From the NCBI GenBank assembly GCA_964019425.1, contig OZ025784.1, forward strand, positions 1,488,001-1,552,000: DNA of 64,000 nucleotides. The letters run 5' to 3'. The translations under genes were made by a program, and so were the position numbers. Of this stretch, positions 31,901 to 43,006 are shown piece after piece. The notes beneath the pieces are model-generated. The model made no database searches. It was not told the origin of the DNA and was given only the letters and a program-made list of their open reading frames with translations. Numbering within the stretch: position 1 is the first letter of the stretch; every line of letters starts with the position of its first letter. Source of the DNA: Flectonema sp. DT1601 (lineage: Eukaryota).

Positions 31901-32814
31901 AGGTTCAACAGAAAGAAGCAATCGTCCTAAGACATAACCTCGCAACAGCACTCCGAAGTGCTCCAGTCAATCTCACAAGTCTGTCACTTGGGTTTGGAAG
32001 ATGTCTTAATGGAGAGGAAGTCGGGATGATGACTTCTTCTTTTGAGCAGAAGGACCCGGGATCAGAGATTCGTTGGGAGGATTTCGAAAGGGAAATCATG
32101 GCCTATCAATTTAAAATTGAATTATCTCCAAAGAACTGGGACGCCGTGTCTCCGTTCTCTGATGTCGTCAAGGGTTCTGTTATTGAAGTATCAAAAGATA
32201 TCTCTGCTAAGAAACAAAAAGTTCTTCAATGGGGGAATGGTTTGGTTACAAGTTGTACCTTTTCTCAAGCACCAGCAAGAATTCCATACGCAAACGTTTC
32301 ATTTTCTAACGGTAAGTCAGAGCCGGTAAAATTAACTGATTTGAGAATGCTGTTGGGAGTGTCACCTCCAAACATTCCTCAACAACAACTAGTTGCGGGA
32401 TCAACTCAAAGTCCTCAAGGATCACCACAAAGGATTATTACAAACAGTACGATGGCTAGTGTACCCCCTCCTAATATTACTGGTGCTGGAACATCATTCG
32501 GTGGATTTAATCTGGGAGCTCCTTCAGTTACACCTCAACACTCTTTTGTAGGAACTAATATGTCAATGGCTGCGACACCAGCATTGAGACCTAGTCAAGG
32601 ACGTTCTACAAGTCAACGTCGAACTCAACCCGTTGAGTCGGGGAGAGGTGTCGCAAACAGTACTATTGCTGCTCAAGTGACATCTCGTTTACTCGCTAAT
32701 CGCAATGCTTTTCCTGTAAATCGTGGACGGGGTGGTCGGAGAGCAACATCTGCTTCTGGAGCCTCTCGTCGACCTCAAGGCAGACCACCGGTTGACACAA
32801 TTAGTCACCGATAG
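28934..32814 (+). CDS. Large S/P/R-rich protein with ubiquitin-like domain(s), join(28934..30459,30536..30611,30688..32814), ~1242 aa
   Basis: Two 76-nt GTATG...acAG introns join the two long ORFs in frame. Ubl motif DTMAQIKAKIQE...LLHKGSEVEDSLRLCDYDV. Poly-Thr from an (ACA)n tract. Confidence 0.8.
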
Positions 32815-33931
32815 TTTAAGTAGTCGACTTCCGTATTTGGTATTGTACTTAATGAGGCATTGCTCACATTTTAAACCCCTCATAGACATGCTATTTTAGA
32901 GTTGGTGTGCATTTATTTAATTTCTTTTAGAGTAGAGGAAGCCCTTTACTGTTATTTTAAGGTCAACTGTAAGGATGAAATAGTCAACTAACGTTTGGAG
33001 AGAACAATCCGTATCTTTCCCAGGTAGGACACGGTTTTTGAAATTATAAATTTTTTAATTCATTCCGCATCCCTCTTGCTGCCTTGATAAGCGTCTTAGG
33101 GTTGTTCCCACAGGTGGAATGTGTCCTCTCTACGGATGTTGCTGTTGCTGTTGTATTATTTGTCACTACAGTTATCCACTCATAGAACCTAGATTCTGTT
33201 CTACTACAGTATTCAAGTCTAGTTTACTCATCATTCCATTGTGAGCCTTCGTCTCATAGCACGATAGATCAGGATGACCGCGGTTTATTTGTATTTTTTT
33301 ATTAGAAATAGTGAGAAAAAAAGAGAATTGGGTAAAAAAAATTTTTTTTTTTGTTTTGTTTGTGCGCAACTGATACAAACTGAAATTTAGAAATTTAGAA
33401 ATAGCAAAAAAAAAAATAATTGAAAAAAAAAAAAAAATACATAAAAAATAGAACCTTCCTTAGTATTTATTCTTCTTAACACTTTTCGTTATCACATATG
33501 TAGTAAGATGCGAATCATTGTATATTTTCATATCCCATCCCCCCACTAAAAACCTTGTACAACTCCTTACCGGGATAGTGTTGATTTTTTGCAGTAGTAG
33601 AATACTGCTTTTGCATTTTTTAATTTTTCTTTTTTTTTTTTTTTTACAGTTAAGGGAATTTTTTCCACTGTTGTGTTGGGCTATTTGGCAAAACTCAGCC
33701 GACCCCTTCGCAAAGGTAGGCTAGGAAAAAAAACACTATCCTTTTTTTTTTTTTTGATCGTAATTTTACTACCTTTTTTTTCTTTTTCTCTCTTTTATTT
33801 TCTTTATTTTTCTTTTTTCTCATAAGAAATTTATGATTATATGTTTTTTCTGTTTGAGTTTTTGTATTAGTCAAATTTCTCTTATCGAGGTAATCTATTT
33901 TTTTATTTCTAACAGCAGAACAACAGAAGAG

Positions 33932-34051
33932 ATTGCCACTTCAGGTTGCGGAATGTTCACGCATTCCCTTTCGGCAAACCCGCGCAGAAACACAAGTGCT
34001 CCCATGACGGCTTTGAGGCGAGCAATTACACCTTGCCTTAGCAATTGTCCT
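33932..34051 (-). pseudogene. LSU (28S-type) rRNA fragment
   Basis: Minus strand CTAAGGCAAGGTGTAA...TCAAAG...CCGAAAGGGAATGCGTGAACATTCCGCAACCTG parallels conserved LSU CCUAAG...UCAAAG...CGAAAGGGAAU...AUUCC...AACC. The core is identical to 18055-18093. Confidence 0.6.
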
Positions 34052-34124
34052 TGTTAAACATTACTTATAGCTGTCTCCGTTCTCTCTTATACTTAATTAT
34101 CATGTTTAGGCCATCGCTGAAAAG

Positions 34125-36005
34125 ATGATGCGGGCACGTGCCCGCTCTCCTAAAAGATTACAGCTGTTGTTTGGATTATTCTTTGGATTGATCTTCGGTT
34201 GGGAATTATTTTCTGTTTCATTAGCGTACGGTAAGAGGCTTTCTTTTAGTGTTGGAGATGAAGTTGTTGTTGATCAACTGGGGATGGACTTAACCCAATC
34301 GAGTCCTCACATACGCTGGTCTACAGACTACAGTTCTGTAGTTGGTGTTGTTGGTACGATTGAGTCCCTCGATGTTTCGTTACATATGTATGAAATACGA
34401 TATAAGAAATACATTGCGTGGTTCCCAGCAGAAGCCGTTCTCAAAACCCATAAAAAGCAACTCGCCAAACTACAGCAAGACATAACAAATAAATTAAAAA
34501 AGAGATCGAATAAACATCACAAGCAACATGTTGATGATGATGTGGAACACGAGATGGATGACATGCAAGTCCGTAAAAAAGAACACAAAATGAAATTAAA
34601 AAAGCGAAAACAGCTGAACGACATCGAACACGACGACAGCATTGACGAAGAACACAAACCGACACCTGTGGCTGTGGCTTTAAGTGACCTTCGCAACCTT
34701 CTTGATGATGACGATGAGGGTAATGCTCGGGTTCGTATTGTTGTTGGAACTACTCCGCTTCGCGTTATTTCAGAAAACGAAGATGATCAACCCACGCCAC
34801 CTGATGCTTTAACTAATTGTTTTACTGCGTCTAAAAACGGAAATACGATCACATTCCAAACACGTTTCAAAACATACCTCGCCATTGGCAGTGACGGTAA
34901 AATTGCAATTGATAGAGTGGAGGCTAGGTCTTTTGAGAATTTTTACATAACTCCTGCGGGAAAAAAGAATACATTTACACTTCATATTGAGTGTCCTGCT
35001 TCAATATGCGGAAAGACAATACGGAGGTATATCTCTGAAACCGACGGTTTGATTTCTGGTAGGGACTCGTCCTCAGGTGCAGCTAAGATTTCATTCTTTA
35101 AATGCATTGACACTGAACTTGATGCTAAGAATAGTTTTTCATCACCGAAAGTTCTCAAAATACCAAAAATAACAATATTCGCAACTCTTAAACCGATTTC
35201 AAAATGGGACAAAGACGGATACGATGAACAGTTTTTCGATAATTCAATGAGTATATGGCAAAAGCTTTCCGTTTCAAAACGATACGTTCTTTCAGAAGAT
35301 AAGAAAACCAGAGCATTGGCTGAATCAAAAGATGATATCAAATCAGATGGTGAGATAACAATCATATCGAAATATCACGTTCCGACATACAGATCAATCT
35401 TTCAAAGAGTTATTGAGTTAGAGTCTTCCGGATTCTTTGTGTTTACAAATATCGATTTGTTATTTACGTCGTCGTTGACGAAGACGATTGCTGCGGTGTC
35501 TGATTGGGTTCGTCACGGAACTGACATATCAAAAATTCTATTGGTAGGTAGAAGATTCAATCACGTCTTTGGTTCACACAATAGATTGAAACTCTCAGAA
35601 TCCGACGATTGGGAAGAAAAAGTTGAAAATCTCAAAGGAAAACAATGGCAAGAAGATGCCGTCGATTATTTTATTGTAACGTCTGATGCTTTCGATTTCT
35701 CTGAGGATGGGGATATTCCTCCGATGGTAGTGGGTGGGACTGCCTTTGATAATTGGTTACTTCAAAAAGCTCTTTTAACACCCGACATCACAGTTATTGA
35801 CACCACAAGTACCGTTACCGCAATTCATCAAACTCCTCCACAGGAATCTCTTTTCTCTTCTCATCAAAATCCTCAGTCTGCATACAATCACAAGCTTGGT
35901 GAGGCTGCTGGAGGTTGGGCAAAAGGAAAAGTAACTCAAGCACCTTACGCGACGTTTTGGTATCACAATAATATTGTTATTCATAAACGAGGAATTGTCA
36001 CTTAG
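34125..36005 (+). CDS. Type II membrane glycosyltransferase-like protein with Mib-SH3-like and fascin-like modules
   Basis: N-terminal transmembrane segment; FSVGDEVVV...W...VGVVGTI...WFPAEAV; ITFQTRFKTYL...ENFYI; C-terminal FTNIDLLF, VDYF, FDNWL and AIHQ (GT-A-like). Confidence 0.75.
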   Translation: MMRARARSPKRLQLLFGLFFGLIFGWELFSVSLAYGKRLSFSVGDEVVVDQLGMDLTQSSPHIRWSTDYSSVVGVVGTIESLDVSLHMYEIRYKKYIAWFPAEAVLKTHKKQLAKLQQDITNKLKKRSNKHHKQHVDDDVEHEMDDMQVRKKEHKMKLKKRKQLNDIEHDDSIDEEHKPTPVAVALSDLRNLLDDDDEGNARVRIVVGTTPLRVISENEDDQPTPPDALTNCFTASKNGNTITFQTRFKTYLAIGSDGKIAIDRVEARSFENFYITPAGKKNTFTLHIECPASICGKTIRRYISETDGLISGRDSSSGAAKISFFKCIDTELDAKNSFSSPKVLKIPKITIFATLKPISKWDKDGYDEQFFDNSMSIWQKLSVSKRYVLSEDKKTRALAESKDDIKSDGEITIISKYHVPTYRSIFQRVIELESSGFFVFTNIDLLFTSSLTKTIAAVSDWVRHGTDISKILLVGRRFNHVFGSHNRLKLSESDDWEEKVENLKGKQWQEDAVDYFIVTSDAFDFSEDGDIPPMVVGGTAFDNWLLQKALLTPDITVIDTTSTVTAIHQTPPQESLFSSHQNPQSAYNHKLGEAAGGWAKGKVTQAPYATFWYHNNIVIHKRGIVT

Positions 36006-36313
36006 TAAATTTCACTGACAAAAAAGTTTTAATTTCTCTAAAAAGCGAACAAGTAATACTTGCATCTTAGAACAAGTTGTTATTCAATTTCGGTGAATTT
36101 TTTTTCACTTTTTTTTTTTTTTTTTCATTCTTCAGGTTAACATAGCTGACTATTGGAAAAAAAAAAAAATAATCTCCGGACTTTTGTTGGATAATACTCG
36201 TGGAGATCTTTTTAACTACATTCGCAAGGTGTTTAGTCAGCTGTTTTTTGTGATCCATAACTTGCTTCTTTATAAACATTATCGAAGGTATTTCCCCCCT
36301 TAAAAAAAATATT

Positions 36314-38373
36314 ATGTCATCGGTCTCTGATGCAATTGCGGCTAAGGACCTATCTCAACTAAAGAGCTCGATATCAGATAGTAACTTGAATGAACTCATA
36401 AATGGGCTTACTCCGTTCTCTCAATGCATCAGTTCATCTTGGAAAGAAGGGTACATGTGGTTGGCTACTCAAGGATGTGATCCGAATGTAAAAAAGAGCA
36501 CCGGTTCTAAATCAACTGCATTCCATGCAGTTATTTGGGAGAAAGAGTATGGTTTTTTTTTTTTTTTTTTGTACCTACAAACCCATTGTTCGGTAGAAAG
36601 AGAATTGTGGCAGTGTCACTAACCTATTCCTTTATAAGGATTTTCTACCTGTTTGCGTACAAACAAAATCCTCTTCTCTGCTCTAATTGTGTTATATAAA
36701 CTACTAAAAACAACAGCATCGAAGAAGTCGAACTAGTCGCCATTAAATTAAAAGGAGATCCCAACATCGTGAATTCATATGGCGAGACACCATTACACAA
36801 TGCTATCTCAAAGCAGTGTTTGAAAAAGATTTGTCTGGCTTTGGAAAGAACAACAAGTTCAACAATTGAATTACTTTTAAAATCACATCCTCTATCAAAA
36901 AATGACGAATTTATCACAACTGGTCAAAACAAAGCCTCCCTGCTATACCTGTGTTGTAAAGTAGGAAATACTGATGCTGTATCATACCTGCTTTCAGTAG
37001 GCGCTGACGCAATGAAGTTACAGCATCCTTCTGGCTCAATTAGTTTACATGCGGCAGCGTTTTATTCTCATGATGAAGTATTAAGTTTGATATTAGACAA
37101 GTGTCCACAAGCTGCTTCTGTTATGAACAAAATGGCTAACGAATATCCAATAGTAAATGCCTTCAATCCAGTCTCAGGCCTTCCTTCTATGACGGCAGTC
37201 TGTAGGATACTCTCAGATACTAATGGAGATCTTTATGATTTATCTTGTAAGAACAAAATTAACGAATGCGCTGCAAGACTCAACACAACTGTTTTGCACC
37301 TTGCTGTGAAATCATGTAATCTGGAGCTCGTTAAGAAACTCTTAAAAGACTTCGACCACACTTCAATTGATTCCAATGGTGATATGCCAATTGACGTAGC
37401 AATTGGTGATGTTGCCGAATATCTGAAGAGTCTTGCTGCCGAAGTGCAGCCTGCTGAAGTGTCGCAGCCTGCAGAAGTTCCGCAGCCGGAACAACCTGTA
37501 GAAGTTCCACAGACAGAGCAACCTGTAGAAGTTCCGCAGCCGGAACAACCTGTAGAAGTTCCACAGACAGAACAACCTGCAGAAGTTCCGCAGCCGGAAC
37601 AACCTGCGGAAGTTCCACAGACAGAACAACCTGCAGAAGTTTCACAGACAGAACAACCTGTAGAAGTTCCACAGACAGAACAACCTGCAGAAGTTCCGCA
37701 GACAGAACAACCTGTAGAAGTTCCACAGACAGAGCAACCTGTAGAAGTTCCGCAGCCGGAACAACCTGTAGAAGTTCCACAGACAGAACAACCTGCAGAA
37801 GTTCCGCAGCCGGAACAACCTGCGGAAGTTCCACAGACAGAACAACCTGCAGAAGTTTCACAGACAGAACAACCTGTAGAAGTTCCGCAGACAGAACAAC
37901 CTGTAGAAGTTCCACAGACAGAACAACCTGTAGAAGTTCCACAGACAGAACAACCTGTAGAAGTTCCACAGACAGAACAACCTGCAGAAGTTCCGCAGTC
38001 GGAACAACCTGTAGAAGTTCCGCAGACAGAGCAACCTGTAGAAGTTCCGCAGTCGGAACAGCCTACTGAGGTACAGTTGGAACAGACAACAGAAGTAGAA
38101 GTGCAGCCTGCGGAGGAGGAGGAGGAAGAACAGTCGACAGAAGAAGACATGATGCCTGATCGAGACTTTAGCCTCACAGAAGAAGATCAGACCGAAGAGG
38201 ATCAGACTGAATTAATGGAAAAAGAAACTACTCCGAAAGACGTCAAATTGGAACAAGAAACAATAAAGGAACCTATTATTATAGATAAAGATTATAATGG
38301 AATATACACTGAAGAATACGATAATGATGATGATGAAGAAGGTTTTGGATTCGTTAACGTTCACTGCAACTAA
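36314..38373 (+). CDS. Ankyrin-repeat protein with 9-aa tandem-repeat acidic tail, join(36314..36546,36717..38373)
   Basis: Ankyrin motifs GLTPF, STAFHA, GETPLHNA, SLHAAA and TTVLHLAV. The GTATG...caacAG intron restores the frame. Confidence 0.85.
37471..38064 (+). repeat. Coding minisatellite, 22 x 27 bp ([AV]EV[PS]Q[TPS]EQP)
   Basis: gtagaagttccacagacagaacaacct units; an 8-unit higher-order period is visible from the position of the AEVSQ variants. Confidence 0.95.
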
Positions 38374-39227
38374 ACTACATCTCGTCAATTAGGCCTTTAC
38401 AGTTTCTCGTTTTTTTTTTTTTTTTTTTTTTTTTTTGTTGTTGTTGTTAATGATATCCTTGTTAATTAGAAACAAATTTGTTTCCCAAGGAGAAAAAGAG
38501 AAACAAAAAAAAAAAAAAAAAGGCAATGCCAAGTTCAATTGAAGAGGAATAAACATTGAAAAAAAAAAAAAAAAAAAAGTAAAACAAATAATATTACAGT
38601 ACTTTTCGCCCAATATAATGCTTCGCTTGGCACTCACAGCCAAAAAGGCTTTTTTATTTTTTAGTTTTTTTTTTAATTTTTTTTTAGTTGTTCCGGTGAC
38701 GGTGAATTCTTCATTCATGTGACCCCGTCACCCTAACCTGAAATCTGCCTCAGAACTGTTATTCCTGGTCGGTTCTCTTTTCATTCAGCCAAACGATTTT
38801 CCTTCCTTTTTTTTTGATGTGATTGTTTATTATTTTTTGTCTCATTTTTTCACACTTCGTTTACTCACCAGAGAAGGATGTGATCAAAGACTATGGTGTG
38901 GTGTTGTTCAATCAGTTGTGTTATAATTGTAGAATGACAATACACACTTTTTCATTCATACGAAATAATTGGTTAACCCAGATAGTCAGGTGATTAGGAG
39001 TGGTATGGCGGAATAACTCAGACGTGTCATTATTTCATAGGGAATGGAGAACTATCTCTCCTCGTATTTTCAAGCTGTTAGTCTCTGGACTGGCAGTCTC
39101 TACTGGTGTGGGGGGTTACCCCGATTAAAGAATGTATTCTAACTTTAAAAAAGTTATTTAATTTAATTTAGCGACGGAAGTCATTTTAAAAAAAAACAAA
39201 AACAAAAGACCTAATAATAATAATAAT

Positions 39228-39775
39228 AATATGGCGGGTCGCCTGGGAAAACTGCCTACCAAACATACACTTCTAGTGATTAGTCTTTTTACCTTCGTAC
39301 CAGTTTCTACTAAGTTCAGAACCGTGTGGTATTCATTCTTCGAAAGTACTCCAAGCACAAAGGAAGAGACATATGAACCAACCCCGGTTGACAAACAGCT
39401 ATCTAGTAATAATGAAATATAAATATTGAGACTGCCTCGATCCGATGACGTAATCATATCTACGGTTTGACATAATATGGCGGGTCGCCTGGGAAAACTG
39501 CCTACCAAAACGCACAGTTTTAACGGTTGGTGGTGTACTAAATTCAGAGGCGTGTGATTTTTCATTATTCGGATGAGTCAACCCCGATTGACTAACAGCT
39601 TTCGTAGTAATAAAAATATAAATATTTAGACTGCCGCGAGTCCTATGAAATATGGCGGGTCTCCTGGGAAAACTTCCTACCAAAACGCACAGTTTTAACG
39701 GTCGGTGGTGTACTAAGTTCAGAGGCGTGTGGTTTTCATTCTTCGAATGAGTTAACCTCAATTGACAAACAGCTC
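39228..39775. repeat. Three imperfect tandem copies of a ~175-245 bp unit
   Basis: aatatggcgggtc(g/t)cctgggaaaact(g/t)cctaccaaa at about 39229, 39474 and 39649, with shared downstream blocks. Confidence 0.85.
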
Positions 39776-39974
39776 TCTGGTTGTGTTATGTCGTTATCAT
39801 ATCTACAGTTTGAAGTAGATAGTCAGCATTGAATCTCTCATTGTTCGTTCACGCAAAATAAATCAGCAAAAAGAAGTCTTTTTCTCTTAGCGATATAGAC
39901 ATTAAAGATGACCACCTCCATTATAATCTACTCATCCGATCTGTATTTAATCTCTCTTCAGGTTAATGTTATAA

Positions 39975-41144
39975 ATGTCGGTTGATTGTATTGCCAGTTA
40001 TGAACTTTTTAAAGTAGCTCCCCGATGGCTATTTTTGAAAATAACAACAGACAACGGAATAGTCGGGTGGGGTGAACCGAACCTAGAGGGGTTTACAGAC
40101 ACAGTAGCGGCAGCTACCACTGAAATGATGGATTCTTTGAAGGGTGAAGACGCAACAAGAATTCAAAGGATATGGCAAAAAATTTACAGACAAAAATTCT
40201 ACTGTGGAGGTCCTATCTTAATGAGTGCCTTAGCGGGGATAGATCAATGCCTTTGGGATATCAAAGGAAAGACTCTCAACGTTCCGATATCAACGTTAAT
40301 AGGTGGAACAGTCCGTGATAAGTGTCTCATGTACCGATGGTGTGGCGGTGATAATAACACCGCAGAAGAAGCAGCATCTGAAGCTGTTGCTGTAGTAAAT
40401 GCTGGATACACTCACATGAAACTAAATGCAACCCCAATGATGGAATACGTTGCAACCAATGAAGTGATCTCTCAATCATACAAACGAATAAAAGCTGTGA
40501 GAGATGCTGTTGGTCCTTCGGTAGGAATTGGACTTGATTTTCACGGCAGAGTTAAACTACCGACTTGTAAGAAGATGATGAAAGTTTTTGATGAGTTGGA
40601 TCCATTATTCTACGAAGAGCCAACAGTAAAAGGTCAAAACAAATCGCTTAAAGACATCAGCAACTTCACACCTGTTCCAATAGCAACAGGTGAGAGAATG
40701 CACACTATTGAGGAGTTCAGAGATCTACTTGAGCTTAGAAGTGTTTCAATCATACAACCCGACGTTAGTCACATCGGTGGAATCTCACCTCTTTTAACTC
40801 TCGCTCGTATGTCTGAAGCTTATGAGGTATCTTTAGCACCTCATTGTCCTTTAGGTCCTGTTGCTCTTGCGGCTTGTCTTGCGGTTGATTCTTGTTCTGT
40901 AAACTTTGCATTTCAAGAATCAAGTATGGGAATTCATTATAACACTGAAGGAGGAACAGATCTACTCGACTATATAAAAAATAAAGAAGACTTCAAGATA
41001 ACAAACGGCTACATGAAAGTACTAACTAAACCTGGACTTGGTATTGATATTGATGAACAGCGTGTGAGAGAAGCTGCATTAAAAGGTCATAATTGGAAAG
41101 ACAGAGAATGGACACTCGAAGATGGCACACCAACTACTTGGTAG
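39975..41144 (+). CDS. dgoD: D-galactonate dehydratase (mandelate racemase/enolase superfamily)
   Basis: PRWLFLKITTD.GIVGWGEP, GIDQCLWDIKGK, DFHGR, EEP, IATGER, IIQPDVSHIGGI, APHCPLGP, FQESSMGIHYN and a C-terminal W. Confidence 0.9.
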   Translation: MSVDCIASYELFKVAPRWLFLKITTDNGIVGWGEPNLEGFTDTVAAATTEMMDSLKGEDATRIQRIWQKIYRQKFYCGGPILMSALAGIDQCLWDIKGKTLNVPISTLIGGTVRDKCLMYRWCGGDNNTAEEAASEAVAVVNAGYTHMKLNATPMMEYVATNEVISQSYKRIKAVRDAVGPSVGIGLDFHGRVKLPTCKKMMKVFDELDPLFYEEPTVKGQNKSLKDISNFTPVPIATGERMHTIEEFRDLLELRSVSIIQPDVSHIGGISPLLTLARMSEAYEVSLAPHCPLGPVALAACLAVDSCSVNFAFQESSMGIHYNTEGGTDLLDYIKNKEDFKITNGYMKVLTKPGLGIDIDEQRVREAALKGHNWKDREWTLEDGTPTTW

Positions 41145-41256
41145 TTGTAAATGTGTTGTTCGTGTGGTGTATTTTGTATTTGGTTATTCTACGTCTTCTT
41201 CTTTTTTTTTAATTTTATATTTATTGGTAGATTCCACACTTTTATAAAAAAAAACA

Positions 41257-42192
41257 ATGTCTTCAAAAGCAGACAAATCTCCAGACAAAAGAGAAGGAAT
41301 GTTTGCTCAATGTCGGGAGTTAGATCCGTGGTTGTCAGGTCAGATAAACGCGACACCAGCAACAGCTGTGATCGGCATCATGGCAGGCGTCACATTAATC
41401 GCTTCTATTGTTCTTGAGGCTCACGTCTTAGCAGCAGTTGATCACAGAGCAGTATTTGTGATAGGAAGCTATGTAGTTTTTAGTTCTTATTTTGTGATTT
41501 ACTATTTCTTAGAGATGTACTCGAGCAGTTTTCGAAGCATCACACCAGAGAAAAGATTCTACACTTTATCAAACTTAATAAAGAGTGGAATGCTAGCAGC
41601 CATTACTCCCTTTGCATTGGAAGGTCTTTATAATATTATATTTCTCGATGTGTGGGATAGTACTCGTATAAAGAATTTAGGATGTTTGTATGCCGTGCCA
41701 GATTTTGTATCGTTGTTTGTAGTTAGAAAAATGGGTTGGACCACGATCTTTCATCATGTTTGTGTTTGTATATTTAATTACGCTTCTCTGTCAAACGACT
41801 ATGCCGAAGACAATGTTTGTCGTTTGATTGTCGTTTATGCTGTTTTTAGCATATTCGCATACAGTGTTAATATGCTGTTGGCATCTCGATTTTTAGGATG
41901 GGGAGCCAACCTGCGTAAAATTTTATCTCTAATAGCTCTCGTTATTTACGTTTCCTGCTGTGCAATTAACTGGTCTTGGCAGATCTACTACGGAATCAAG
42001 TTATGGAGAAAGGAACCCCACTGGTCACTAATTGCTTATGCTTGTGCGATTGTCCCTGTTGTTTATGATGACTTGTACCTTAATAGATGGCTATTATTCA
42101 ATTTTAACCGTCTTAATGCCGCAATTGCTACCGAAAAAGAACAATCCAATCAAAAAAGATCTGAGTCTGTGAGTGAGAAGAAGACAGAGTAG
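41257..42192 (+). CDS. TLC (TRAM/LAG1/CLN8)-like multi-pass membrane protein
   Basis: About 7 hydrophobic segments; Y..PD and FHH motifs; WQ motif; YDD near the C-terminus. Confidence 0.7.
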   Translation: MSSKADKSPDKREGMFAQCRELDPWLSGQINATPATAVIGIMAGVTLIASIVLEAHVLAAVDHRAVFVIGSYVVFSSYFVIYYFLEMYSSSFRSITPEKRFYTLSNLIKSGMLAAITPFALEGLYNIIFLDVWDSTRIKNLGCLYAVPDFVSLFVVRKMGWTTIFHHVCVCIFNYASLSNDYAEDNVCRLIVVYAVFSIFAYSVNMLLASRFLGWGANLRKILSLIALVIYVSCCAINWSWQIYYGIKLWRKEPHWSLIAYACAIVPVVYDDLYLNRWLLFNFNRLNAAIATEKEQSNQKRSESVSEKKTE

Positions 42193-42845
42193 AAATCTGT
42201 ATATAAGTTTACTTAAAGTTGTTTTTATAGGCAATGACAAGTCATGTGAAGCCCAGTCTTTCCGCTTTAATAAAAGAGGCTGATAAATTTGATTTTTTTT
42301 TTTTTTTGATCGTGGATTCTTACCCTGGAAGAATAAATTCTTTTTTCGAAATTTTTTTTTTTTTTTTCCTGCACTTTGTGTGAAAAAGAAGTGCACGTGT
42401 ACTATTCTTTTGCAGCTTGTTTTATATTTTCCTTTTCCGTGGCGCCCACTTGAAAGTATCGCATGTGGAGTTAATAAGCGCCTACAGTAGTTGACGTGTT
42501 TCGGCAGTCAATTATTTTGATTAGGTGATGTCTACTTCTTGGAGTCAACTGATCGGTCATTATACTGCCATGTGATGTCTAAAATAGAACGTGTTTTGCG
42601 ATTGATTCTTGAACAAAATAGTCGGCTGCAGCTGAAGATCGGCTCGGCGATATTTTTTTTCTTCATTTGTGCTATAAAAAAAATTTGTAAATTGGTTGAT
42701 CCTCTCTTCCCTATTTTTTTCTGACACAGTTCTTTTGTTTAATTTTTACAGCTTTATTCGAAGCCAACAGTATTTCTTTTATAATTCTTTTTTTTTTTTT
42801 TTAATTTTTCAGTCTCAATAATTGACTGAGTGTCTTCTACACCAT

Positions 42846-43006
42846 AACTGATGATGAGAGAATAGAGGTAGAGAGGAAAATAGATTACTCTCGAAACCTA
42901 AATAAGTTACTTCCAAAGAGTAAGTTAAGTCGCTGTATCCTTTAGCAGATTGTTAAATTATCGTTTTTATGTTACGACACGATACAGTTGTATTTTTACA
43001 AATCCA
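42846..43006 (+). repeat. Dispersed ~150-bp repeat copy 1, with a hammerhead-like core
   Basis: Matches 54572-54715 (gattactctcgaaaccta...taagttaag...ctgtatcctt...cagttgtatttt.acaaat). Also carries CTGATGA-T-GAGAG...CTCTC-GAAAC. Confidence 0.7.

Noticed and set aside
36816..36857. Possible 42-nt in-frame intron inside an ankyrin repeat
   Set aside because: The GTGTT donor is atypical here, and removing it leaves the repeat slightly short; RNA data are needed.
37233..38177. 314-aa Cys-rich minus-strand ORF (GCSVCGTST)n and other overlapping ORFs
   Set aside because: Antisense shadows of the 27-bp coding repeat in the ankyrin gene.
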